DNA of 64,000 bases from positions 310,001 to 374,000 of the forward strand of contig CBFFRP010000150.1 in NCBI GenBank assembly GCA_965644295.1. Direction: 5' to 3'. The notes below the pieces were generated by a model that saw only the letters and a list, made by a program, of their open reading frames with translations, ran no database searches and had not been told where the DNA came from. The position numbers were made by a program, and so were the translations under genes. Shown here piece after piece: positions 25,388 through 39,534 of this stretch. How positions within the stretch are numbered: the stretch's first letter is position 1; the number at the start of each line of letters is the position of its first letter. The DNA is from Paraphysomonas bandaiensis (Eukaryota; Protista; Chrysophyceae).

Positions 25388-25848
25388 TGTGACCACGTGG
25401 CATTTCCTATGCCCTATCTACGTGGCTATAGTACCAGAACTACATGCATTGCCCATTCAGGACCCTGTGACATTAGTTTAGGACCCTATATCAAGAACAT
25501 CTTATGAGATAGAAACAGATACCAAGAAGATTTCGACGCATGATGATTTGTCTGGTTTGGAGCATGGACAAATAGTGGAACCATGGTCTAAAGCGAGTAC
25601 TCAAATTGCACCGGAGGAAGAGGCGAAGAGCGGGCCTCACGAAGAGGTACACCTGTCGGCTCTAGGAGCCACGACGTAAATCAATTACCCTCTTCATCAT
25701 CTATCTGAAGAACTGGGGTATTCGAGATTTATCTGCTCTGGACCTCGATCAAAATCCGAATCATCAGAAACTAATTTCATGCCAGAGGGTATAGCACCTG
25801 CTACTGATAGCCACGTAGATAGGGCATAGGAAACGCCACGTGGTCACA
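25388..25848. mobile_element. Non-autonomous DNA transposon (MITE), Ginger-like: TGT...ACA ends, 42-bp TIRs, 4-bp TSD
   Basis: TIR TGTGACCACGTGGCRTTTCCTATGCCCTATCTACGTGGCTAT matches at 41 of 42 positions. CCTT lies directly on both sides (25384-25387 and 25849-25852). Confidence 0.85.
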
Positions 25849-26419
25849 CCTTGGTAACGATGATATTCACCCATTACCCTATATATGAACCCACTACTAT
25901 ATTATAGCGTATTGCGTTTTACCTATAGGGTACACTATATATTAAAACCCACTACTTTAATTTCATAATAATATATTATATTGAATCACATACTGACTGC
26001 AGAACTCAACACGATCCAATATAAACACTCTATGATCTAGTGTATTGAAATCGTATATTCATGTACATAGTCCAATGGAGTATAGTGTTCGTGTGCTGAT
26101 GACATATTGCAGTACCAGTAATTATTTTTACGTATAACATAATATATTATTATAACGTCTGATTTATTAATAATACTCTTTTTATTCTTTATTATAAAGT
26201 TGCAGCACGCATTTATTATAAAAAATTTCTAGACTTGCTAATACCAAACCTAGTATTTGAAACAACAGTTAATATAACAACTGCCATTTACGGATAGCTT
26301 TCATTAAGACTACAGTAACAAAAAATAAAATAGATTTATTAGTCGACTATTATTTCATTATGTATATTCGTGTATAACCACGGACTCTAAAACATATATA
26401 TAATATATATATTATAGGT

Positions 26420-26715
26420 ATTAAAAGTCTTATAATTAGCAATAGGCATTAAGAATCAGCACCAGTTTTTAGTAGCTAGAAGAAAACCAGTCAAGCTAGA
26501 TAGACGCCTACCTGTAACTAAGTAGTACAAACTCTATTTATTGAAAGTCTTTTATTTAGCAATAGGCGTTAAAAACCTGTACCAATATAGTGGCCAGTTG
26601 AATGCTAGACATAGTAGTTAGACCTCTACCCATAACTAATCAGCACAAATTCCATTATTCTACTATTTAACGCTACAGAAGCTGCTTGTGCGTCGCCGCA
26701 AGCACCAAGATGCAA
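26420..26715 (+). repeat. Tandem copies of the GAAAGTCTT...GCAAGCACCAAG dispersed repeat family
   Basis: Matches 24793-24969, 51570-51642 and, in reverse, 52185-52362. Confidence 0.85.
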
Positions 26716-27110
26716 TGTGTGATTTGCTATGGTATCTAACGTTCATTGCCGAACCCCTCGGCTTGTCCCATAAGTTCTTTGTACTATTGAACTGAACCTG
26801 TAAAAGCAAGTTATATCCGTTTGTAGTGTATTATACGGGTAGCCAATGGCTACTAGCCATTATTATTATATATATCTTATTGATACACTGACTTCGCTCA
26901 CACCGATTTTTCAAGGACCATTAACACATGACAATAGTACTATAAGTAAATGAATATACTTGTAGGGTCCCTGCAGGGGATTTTAATTTGTGTTATTGTA
27001 TACTAAATATGAAAGTAAAACTATAGCACATACGCGGCTGAACTCGTACGCTATACTAGATGGGCTGACCATATCAAAGGTACAATCTATCAAAGTATGT
27101 GAAAGTGAAA

Positions 27111-27983
27111 TTACGTTGAGATCAATTCATAATCATAATATGCATACTGTGCTAGAACCTGCAATATAATCAATTCGCTTTTGAGCAAGCTGTTGACCTT
27201 AAACTGCATCAGGTTTCCTTTCTTCACAGACTTTTTACACTTCAAACATGAAACTTCAGTTTTTTTCTCCAATGACTCGATAAGTACTGATAGTTTAGCA
27301 GCTAAAGCTGGTGCATGAGTGTGATCTACATCACCTCCTTCAGCCACATTGATCTCGTCATCTTGCAAATGATGCACTAACAAATCAACTAACTCATTGT
27401 CCTTTAGTAGTACATCATACCAAGCTGTCTTAAGGGGTCCTATCATACCATAATGATTATACAGTGTTTCTTTGATGTTAACGGACATCCCCATATGGGG
27501 ATTTCTTTCATTATAAAAAAAAACTCGTTCATTCATTTCTTTAGCGATAGATTTCATATGCTCTCTAGCGGGTGATTGCACATCATGTATGTTGATACGT
27601 GGTATGGTAGATAGTTGAGTATTGCATGGATGGATAGTATCATCGATAGACTGTGATTGTAAGGATGGATTAAAGTATATAGAGTCATAGTATGCATAGG
27701 GTCCTACTCCACTTGTAGTTGTTTGTGTATGCCGGATGAATGTAATCCGGCTTCTACAGTCCATGGAGGGTATATTGCTCCATCCTCCGGCATACCCAAT
27801 CATATAGCGGTATACACCCAACTCCATCGCGGAGTGGATACGTCTTATCATCACCTGAAGTGTGTTTCTTATCCTATGAAATCTATCGTATAATGAATCA
27901 GTAACTTTACTTCCACTTCATCTTTCATTCTTCAGATACGTGAATTCATACATCTCACTTTCAGACTTCACTCTTGTCTCATT
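27111..27983 (-). pseudogene. Hypothetical gene exon with in-frame TGA, possibly a pseudogene
   Basis: The 247-aa ORF extends upstream in frame to an AG acceptor at ~27984 but is interrupted by TGA at 27918-27920. A CxxC (CLKCKK) lies near the end. Confidence 0.4.
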
Positions 27984-28333
27984 CTACAAAAACAGGAAAT
28001 TCAAGTTGAATTTCTACTGTATTTGTGCAGTATAGGACTACAACTATAAAATATTAGGTTTTTATCCATTTTTTTGATGTCATTAAGAAAAAATCTGTAA
28101 AAATACAACAGTGCATGATAGGCAGGTATATACAGTACTCTGTTGTATATATGACAGTAAACACCATGCAAGAGGTACGTATGTATGTACAACAACATCA
28201 CTCGCTCAGTCTGGTAACTCTATTCAAAGAGTTTGTCTACTAAATTCCGATTACTTCCTTGTTCTTTCTTTTTCCTTCAATTGTCGTGTGGCTTGTTAAA
28301 TTATTTTATTCGTTTATCTAACAGCACTGCATA

Positions 28334-28450
28334 ATGGCTGATTTGGACGAAAACTTGATGGTGTTTGTAAATATATTAGGGGCTATTACTTTCACAGCAA
28401 TAGTGGTGTATCATGTAGTTGTTTCATCACCCCATGATGTTAAATTATGA
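28334..28450 (+). CDS. OST4: Oligosaccharyltransferase 4-kDa subunit
   Basis: The 38-aa ORF MADLDENLMVFVNILGAITFTAIVVYHVVVSSPHDVKL has a single TM with the OST4 pattern D..L..F.N.LG......V.YH. It is below the ORF-track size cutoff. Confidence 0.85.
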   Translation: MADLDENLMVFVNILGAITFTAIVVYHVVVSSPHDVKL

Positions 28451-30493
28451 TGAATATATGTTGCATCTTTGATATTTTATAAATTCACATCTGTTGCCAT
28501 ACAGTTTACGATAAAATAACTGAGCCGTACTAGTATTCTTCAAACTGAGTTATATGTGTTATTAATTAGTCCAGGACGAAGCTCTGGTGGTGTATGGACA
28601 TGTTCTAGCAAGCCACATTTTAATGAAGCAAGACATCAATGTATATTTCAATCTCCTATACCTGTCGTTTGAATTATTGATGGGTCAGATTTATCACAAT
28701 ATGATGATGGAGGTCAGATTCATAATGGAGTAAATACCACGTATATAATAATTATTGCTATCTTTCAGCATTATTTTACTTGTTTCTTCTTTCAGGGCTA
28801 ATAGTCATTACATAATGGTCAATGATTGTACTTGAGAAATCAGTAATCACATGTCAGCATGTCAGAGGCCATATTGTAAGTAATTCAACATATCATGTAC
28901 AAGTGTCCTATTGTTAATATATAAATATTCAAGTACATGTTTTTGAAATAATCATAAAAGACTGGACATTGACTTACTAATAATTAATAACACATAGTTC
29001 TATGTGGTGTATAATATATACAGTTTAATATGTGTAGTGAGTAAATGTATTGTATGGACAGGAGATTGATGTTCAAGCTGGTGTAGCGTAGTAGGTGTGT
29101 AGTTTTTCACGGCTTTGTGGCCGTCCTGTGTGGTTGTGTACTTTGTGTCCGTTTTTAGTACTACTTGTGAACAGACTACACTGCAAGTCTTTGTTATTAC
29201 AGATAATCTATAAGCGTAAGAACACTATTCTCTGTAATCAACTTGTGACTTGTTATTGCTTACACTTGTATTTAACTATACTGGGTATGCTGACCGTTAA
29301 AGCAAGACATATTAGTAATTTCTATAATTTCAATCAGAGACTGGGTTATAACAACAGCAGTCGAGTAGACATTCAATTAGGTCTGTAAAAATTAGATTTT
29401 GCTATTCTGTTGATGCCTATCACAAAGGTCTCGAACGTATATTACACCTTACGGAAAGAGTCTACAAATCGGCGAAACAAAAGTACCAGATATTATTGCA
29501 GAATAAACTATATATATTATATGTACAATAAACTTTAAGCAGGGCTGTAACAAATCATTTGGAATGTACAGTAAGGGTTCGCGCTGCATTAAAACTTGGC
29601 ATATCAATTATTTTTTTCTGCTTATAGCCGGCCCGTATCATATGTTCGATTCTGTCATATTCATTCCGCTTTACTGATGCAGCATTACTTCTAAACGTAT
29701 TCTTCACTACATTTATGACAATGATTATACAATGCAGTATTCGAATACAGACATACCAATATCAGATAGTGCCATTGAGGGGTCTCTTTTATTAGCTGAC
29801 CGCAACAGAGAACGATAGAGTTTCAGCACTTCTTTCTGTAATCCTGATAGCGTCATTAATTCACTCGTCTACTTCACAGATCGTTTAAATATCCCAGTTA
29901 GACAAGGTGTTATTAATAGAGATCCATGAGTATTCTATACAGACATATGGCTATATAGGCACAAGCTGATATGCGGACATCACAGCTCACACTCAGAATA
30001 CAAGAGGAATGCAGAGTGTATAATCACAAAAGCAGGAAAATAGTGCATGGAATGGATTTTATCTCTTAAAATATCCGATTTCTATATGAAAAAAAGAAGT
30101 GTTTCTTGTTGATGGTTTTGATGGTGGGGAGTATGTGTGTGTCTCTGTCTGTAGAGAGGCGTATTACGTAAAGTATGGTAGTGGGCAGTAGTATATGTAG
30201 GACAGATAGTTGTATACAGCTACAGAAGTATATATATGTGTGTATGTATGTATGTGTGTGTGTGTGTGTGTATGTCTGTATGTATGTATGTATATATGCA
30301 TAGAGTTCCAGGCAGTGAGTGTTCCATCATAACACTATTGTTCCATTCCACCATCAGGACCACACGTGTGTTACTGTCAGGTGCAATATCATTCAACAAC
30401 ACTTCCCTATACTTCCTTATACCAGATTCACCTGAGGGTGTAGCGGTGGCTCATATTTAGAGACGTTATACATAATTATCGTATAGTTTAAAC

Positions 30494-33400
30494 ATGCCCG
30501 TTAAACGAGATCATAAGCCCTCATGGCACTCACAATGGATACTTGGGTTTATTCTAGTATTGTTTAGTGTCTCATTCATAACACTTGGACACTTTGCTCA
30601 GCGGAGAATAGCTGATAGCAACAAATGTGATATGACGTATTCACGTCCTCATATACAGCAGATGAGTGTAAACACATCTGTCTCTGAATATAGACTGCAT
30701 ATACACGGCAGTATTAGTGATCTGGCACCTACACCGGTACTGTTTATACCGGGAAATAGTGGATCGTAAGTTCATGTTTTGTGTTAAATAAACAATGAAT
30801 AATTATTCTTGTAGGCCGATGCAAGTTCGGTCATTTGCCTCCAGCATGCACAATGATGGCTCTCTTCAGTATTTTTCTCTTGACTTCGGAAATTCTAGAA
30901 GTGCTACACACGCGAGTACAATTCTTCTGCAGGCTGTGTTTCTCAATGATGCGCTTAGGGAAATTGCAAGCATCTACTCTTTTTCTCCTGGTATAGAACT
31001 ACTCACCCGAATGATGCATTTTCTATATTATTACGTCCTTGAAGTTAACAGCAGTTCCTTGCAGGAGAAGGACAAGTTATTATTGTGGCTCACTCTGCTG
31101 GAGGGATGGTTGCGCGAACTGCCATAGCTTTGGACAATCACCCTCGTTGTATCGTACAATCCATCCTGATGCTGGGCACTCCCAACTCAAGGCACGTTGA
31201 ATTCTATGATACTTTACGAGTACTGTTTTAATTATAGGTATGAATATTCTATTTTCAGGCCAACATACACACCAGATGCATCATTAACGAAGCTCTACTC
31301 CTCTGTGAACGCACTCTGGCGCAAATCTATGTACCCCACTTCAGCCCAATGTATGGCTGCCGCAGCAGCTGAACAAGATGATGACGTCTTCGTGAAGCAA
31401 CATGGTGCCGTTTCCGCTGATTGGTCTTGTGTCTCGTGTATTGAGCGAGTTCGTATCATTAGTATTACTGGAGGTATGTGTCCGAACATCAGCTTCTTAG
31501 GTACTCACTGTGCGTATTATGACGTACAGGTGAAGTCGACATGCAAGTGCCGAGCACTCTGACCCATCTTCACTCTATATCGCCGTTACCTCATAACAAC
31601 TCTGCGAAGCTTCCAACTCCGGTAAAAATAGGATCTCTGTTAAAACCTAAAGGCGGATGGGTTCGATATATCTTTACCTCAGTATACAGACTCATTGTCC
31701 CACCCCCACCAACTGAGAGTGCACCAGCATCTGAAACACATGAACCTAATAGAGAAGCTGTTCATCGGCCGACTGATGATTCTACGCAACCTTTTCAGGA
31801 ATCTAATGAAACTAGCAAGGAGGGCGAAGTACCTTCCCCTGACTCTCGCACCCCCTTTCAGCGCATCACGCTTGAGAGTTGGAACCAGCATATGACTCCA
31901 TACACTGAACCACAGCATATATCCGTTCGCACTTCCCAGCTTCAAGGAGTTGGGTTTCCCGTGGACCATCAGGCGCTACTGTGGTGCAAACAGCTACTGA
32001 AGGTGTCCACCAAGTACATAAAGCGACTGGCTACTCTTTCGCCAGAAGAGCACGTGAACATGTCGTCCATAGTAAAGCTACGCCCCGAGTACCGTTCTAA
32101 TGTTGATGTGAGTGGCGTTATCCCACCACTAGCGGAATTCTTGCATAGAAATGCGTCACTACACACTTTCCACACCCAGGCTGTAACTGCAGAGCGAAAT
32201 ATGTTCCATACACAACTAGGGGGTGAAACACTAAGTCTTTTTGCTCTAGTTTATAATACTTCGTACTTGACAAGCGTCCTCACATGTTACGTCTTAATTC
32301 CACTACTGATAATGGTATCAGCGGTTTTATTTGACGTGGCAGATAAGAGTGAATGGACTCGGGGAAGCAAACCCACTGGCATGTTTGAGATGCTCGCCCC
32401 ACCGAACCACATATGCTTAGGCGCACTGGACGATATCTTCATGGCACTTGTCCCCACCGCATACCTCTTTTTCAAGGCCAACTTGTTGTATGTGCTAATT
32501 CCTGCGGTGGCTGTGTGTGTGGGATTTATGACAATGGATTATTCGAACCATGCATTCTTTTTGCAGAGATATGGAACAGTGCTGCAGTGGGTGATTTCCT
32601 ACGGTGCTGCGCTTGGTCTGCATGTCGCATTTGTAGTTTTGCTCAAGCTACTAAGATGTAGTATGGGCTTATTGTTGCGGGCTGGGTACACTATTTTGCG
32701 ATATACAGTTTGGTGTAATCTTATCCGCAAGCCGATAACTTCTGCCATTAAGCCGATGAAGAAGTCGGCGAAGGCTGTAATGGATTTGTTCACCGCTGAA
32801 GCTGTTACAACCATCCTTCTTGTGTCAGTTATAACAGTCGGTGTGTATTTTAGCAAAAAGCGCTCTGAGGAGAACTACGCAAGCAATATCTTGATTGTAT
32901 CTGCTGTTGTATACTTGGCCTTGTGGGCTTTTTTCTTGGTCGTTTTTATTCTTGGCCTTGTATGGAAACACAAGAAAGAGAGCATATTATTTCCCTGTAC
33001 CATGGCTCTATATTTGCCTGGACTTATTCTGATGAAGCCCTCAGCACAATACTGCGCAAGGATAGTATCTGGGGATGTTACCACCGTAAGGACTGTATCT
33101 CAGCTGTTTGAGCTGTTTGGTCCTGACCTGATCAACTACTGTGTGGCAGTTTTCTTAATGGCGTATCACCTTCAGTACTTGCAAAGGTGAGAAAACATTT
33201 AGTTTGATGTATGTGTTGTTTTGACTCTATATTACCGAATTAGAAATGAGCTGGTTGTGAAACCCATTGCGTTTATAGTGGAGTTTTTTGACATGTCCAA
33301 GAGAGCGCAGAAAAAGTATAACTTTGGCCAGAATAGTATGGATTTTTCTACTCTTATCGCACTTAGCAGCAATAATCAGTGCTTGCACGAGGATGGGGGG

Positions 33401-33836
33401 GAAATGGCAATATTCGAAAGGAATACCAAGGTATTGTGTATATTTGTTTCTGAAAACGCTAAATTCCCTTTCTGGTGGACAGGGGGTATCATCATTGTCG
33501 AATGGTGCTGTGTTATATGGACCTGCGTACAAGGTTGTGTCGTGTAACTGTTCGGTGAACACGAAATTGAAATCATTTGCGGAGTGGTGCGACTGGTGTC
33601 GGTGCGTGAATTGTGGTGGTAAGAACCTTCCGAGACATCTTAGGGATTTGGACTCGTCCCGAACATATGGCATGCCTGATTTGAATTCTGATTTGGTGCT
33701 GGTGGTTGGCTTGGTTGTGTGTTGCACGTTTGGCATGATGTATGCCCACGAACAGCCTTATAGACACTTATACATCATGGGAGTGGTTGGCGCATCTTTT
33801 ACGTTAGCTCGAATAGCGAAGATACTTGGCTATTGA
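30494..33836 (+). CDS. PGAP1: GPI inositol-deacylase (PGAP1/BST1), multi-exon
   Basis: Has an N-terminal TM, CDMTYSRP, PVLFIPGNSGS..QVRSFAS, YFSLDF, the lipase-type VAHSAGGMVAR (31084-31118), MLGTPN and DHQALLWC, followed by multiple C-terminal TMs. Confidence 0.9.
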
Positions 33837-34694
33837 CGACAGCACAATTTGTCCATTTTAAGTCGGTACATGCAATTGAATTTACGATGATAGCTTCCCT
33901 TCGTTGTGATATGATAGCAGACTTTTCTGGTGCAGATTTTCAGTTATGTAGATTACACAGAGTGTTAGGCTTCTTAGTTGTTTATTTAAAATAATGTGTA
34001 GATTGCTCTAAAAAATTGAGCGTCACAATCTGTCATATAGTGTCTTGCTGTAGATTAGAGTCTAATGTAGATATCTTTTCATTACTTCATTACGCAAGCT
34101 ATATACGATCTGCTCGTAAACGGTGTAAACTTGTCAGAATCAGTGCAGCGGACCACCTCAACTATGGAAACAAAGTATGGCGAAGTGATGAAACAATTAG
34201 GAGAGACGAAGTAGCAGATATTTGGTTTTATAATTGTAAGTGATTTCTGTAGTTTATTAAACATAATGTCAAGCTCTCATACACACTCTGACTCTCAGCT
34301 ACTCATCATTCAATCACTTTATTTTTCGTTCCTACTAAATTTTTCATCTGATTCTACTAAGCTAAAAGCAGTAGTTGAGCGTAGTAGGAACTAGGAACAA
34401 ATGGAAAATATAGTAGGTTTGTAGTTTTATATATTCGTTACTCCCCATACGATGTATAAAGAAACGAGGATTATATATTAATAGCCTAACGGTTCCGGTG
34501 TATATGTGTGTGATTTCGATATATATCAGATATAAGTGAATATGATACAAAAGCAATATATGACGGTGACAATCTTCGTGCATATGTACTATTCCACTCA
34601 CATACTATTTTTTCCGCTACTAATAATATATTAATTAATAATTGCAATACACAACCGAATAATATCAACAACCTAAAACTACGACTAGTGTGAT

Positions 34695-36604
34695 TTATTT
34701 CTTCTTTGTTCCTCCTGACTTTTTAATCGATCGCTTTTTAATGTGCTTAGGAATTTTCTGTGTACGCTTTAGTGCAGCAGCTTCTTTAGTCAACCTCTTC
34801 GCCTCCTTCCGGGCTTCTTTTTCTCTTTTTCTGGCGTCTGCGTCAGATTCCGTATTGGGAAGTCTTCTACGATATTTATTCTTTTTCTTAGGATCCCTAC
34901 CCTCATCGCCACTATTATCGTCATCTTCATCGCTGTCATCACTCTCGTCACTGCATTCAGACCCCTCTTCTCCATCTGACTCATCCCCTTCCTCAGAATC
35001 AACATCTCCGCTCTTCATCGTCCCACTATGTAATTCTGCTTCATTCGAAGTCGGTGCATCCTGTGACACCCCTCCAAGCATACTCTGCACAGCATGTGTG
35101 TACGCTTCCTCTCTATGCCCTGCATTAATCCGCGCCATTTCCTGTGCCGGATTACTAAATTCATTCAAACTCTGAGGAATATACGACTTAAGGAACACTG
35201 CGTCTGCAATATCCGCTTCATGCTTTTGCGCATCCGACTGCTCATCCATTTGTTGGTCCTCGACACCTTGTTTCTCTAACAGACGGCGAAAGATTTCCTC
35301 CAGTATTTTGACTGGCAGAGGGGGAGAAGACTTGCTCGCTTTGCTGGAACTAACTGATGGAGGAGGAGGTGGGGCGTCAGGATTGTGAGAAGTATTGGAT
35401 TCATCAGAAGCTTCAGAAAGAGAAGTAACATCAGTCTCTGTCATACCCACAGTCTGAAGCATTATATCTCTTGGCGAAGTCACAAAAACAAACAACCGAA
35501 AGTTCGATAGTGTTGGTACATCTTTCTTCCGGAAGAAATCATTGATGTTGTTGATATCCTTCTTGAGGAAGTCAGAGGCATAAGGGTGGGCATGCTCCAC
35601 AGATTGCGAAACATCAATGATGACCGCCTGGTTTCGGTGCCATAACAAATTATACTCACTCAGATCCCCGTGGACGAGATTACATTCTTGATACATTCGT
35701 CGCATATTGATACATATTGAGTTGTAGCACTTGACACTCTCTTCGTATGTAAGATCCACCTGGTTATTGTTAACATGCATTAATAATATATATGGAGAAA
35801 TTCGAATATATGATCTACTAACACAGCCATTGTAATGCCATCGAGAATACACTAATTTACAGAATATACGGAATTGTACCTCTTTGAGCCTGGGGGCACA
35901 CCATCCACCTTCTCCCAAAAAGTCCATCACTAACACATGCTGCTTGAGAAGTCTTGGCTCCGGACAAGGCAAACCTGCTACCCATAATCGTCTGAGGTTT
36001 CGTAACTCCTTCTCAGCCCATGTGCGAACCATTTTACGTGGATTCGACTTACAGTACCCATGGCGGAACCTATGCTCGCCGCTGACATATCTATAACAAA
36101 AATTAGTCCCATAAATACGATATAGTAATATAAAAATACATTTCCCTCGAGTGGGAAGTAGCATACAGTCTCTCTAAGGTCTCACCTATCACGATCACGG
36201 AATACTAATATAGATGTTTTAAATATCTTTACAGCATATTCTTCATCTTTTGACCCTTTAGCATAATATACATTTGCTTCTTTCCCCGTACTTAAACATC
36301 CATTGATTTCACTTAAATAATTGCTATTTAATAGTTTAAATAATATCATACGTGTACGAGGATCGAGTACTTGTTCAGATGTAGCCCGATCATCACGACC
36401 ATAATAATTGGGACGCTTTTCACCTTTCTTTTCAGAGCGATTAATATCGTTCGTTATACGTGACGACAAGTTGATCTTCTTCTCTAAGCCACTCATCCCA
36501 CCACTACCTCCTGATGTACTTATACTTGCCCCTTCTCCCATTAATGCAGCTTCCAGATCATCAAGATCACATGCATCATCATAATCATAATCATTATCTG
36601 ACAT
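34695..36604 (-). CDS. RIOK1: Serine/threonine kinase RIO1
   Basis: Motifs DRATSEQVLDPRTR, STGKEANVY, KIFKTSILVFRDRDRYVSGEHRF, WAEKELRNL, LVHGDLSEYN and IIDVSQSVE are present, with an acidic then basic C-tail (KIPKHIKK). Introns lie at ~36091-36185 and ~35760-35879. Confidence 0.96.
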
Positions 36605-36805
36605 GTTTGTATATGGAGGGGTAGGAAGGAGATGTATGTATGTATGTATGTATGTATGTATGGAGAGAGAGTGTGGACACTGAGATGGATGAGATACTGC
36701 TGTACACTTCTCATGTCGTTCTTTTATCTCGACACACTTCCCTCCCTCTGCGTCCATTCATACCTACACACTCTATTGGAGCAAACGGAGCTCCAGGTAC
36801 AGACG

Positions 36806-36960
36806 TGTATGTATGTATGTATGTATGTATGTATGTATGTATGTATGTATGTATGTATGTATGTATGTATGTATGTATGTATGTATGTATGTATGTATGT
36901 ATGTATGTATGTATGTATGTATGTATGTATGTATGTATGTATGTATGTATGTATGCATGT
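36806..36960. repeat. (TATG)n microsatellite between divergent RIO1 and LysRS
   Basis: About 37 perfect units, plus a shorter run at 36632-36662. Confidence 0.98.
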
Positions 36961-37102
36961 AGGTAGGTACACCGGTACATATGTAGGTAGGTACATACAT
37001 ATGGACTGCTGTGTGTGTATTCAACTATTTGGTTCTGTGTCTTGTTGAGGTGTCTTCTGGCTGGTAATGTATGTATATATCAATCCAACATAATCGTATC
37101 AA

Positions 37103-39074
<1,972 letters not shown>

Positions 39075-39336
39075 ATAGCAGTGTTGTTCGGTGATAATAA
39101 TTTTTACACGGAAATTAAATAAGTGTGGCCGTTACAGAAAGATTCCGTTGCATTCCGTTTTCGTAATTAGTAGAATTCGTAATTAGTAGAATAAATAGTA
39201 GAATATGTTAAAATTTATGTGCTAATATACTAAGTTTAGAATCATTTAATAACAGTGTTGACTTTTAAGAATAATTTTTTAACGATTAATCTTTGTTTAT
39301 TTACCAGTATTGTGCCACCTTCAAGTAAAATGAAAC

Positions 39337-39476
39337 AGCTAGAGCATATAAGAGGCAAGATTTTCAACATAGATCATACATGCTTTGTGAATATTGTCGC
39401 GTTTGATAGCTAGAGCATAGAAGAGGCAAGATTTTCAACATAGATCATACATGCTTTGTGAATATTGTCGGGTTTG
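39337..39476. repeat. Tandem 71-bp duplication just downstream of the 39535-40746 gene
   Basis: AGCTAGAGCATA.AAGAGGCAAGATTTTCAACATAGATCATACATGCTTTGTGAATATTGTCG occurs at 39337 and 39408. Confidence 0.9.
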
Positions 39477-39534
39477 AAAAGATGTAAGATGATAAATCTG
39501 AAGACATAAATACATACAGAAGAGCATACATATC

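Noticed and set aside
27918-27920. TGA as selenocysteine or an alternative genetic code
   Set aside because: There is no redox motif context, and TGA terminates intact genes such as OST4, PGAP1 and the cyclase.
36632-37048. ORFs encoding (MYVC)n / (HTYI)n
   Set aside because: These are translation artefacts of the stop-free TATG microsatellite.
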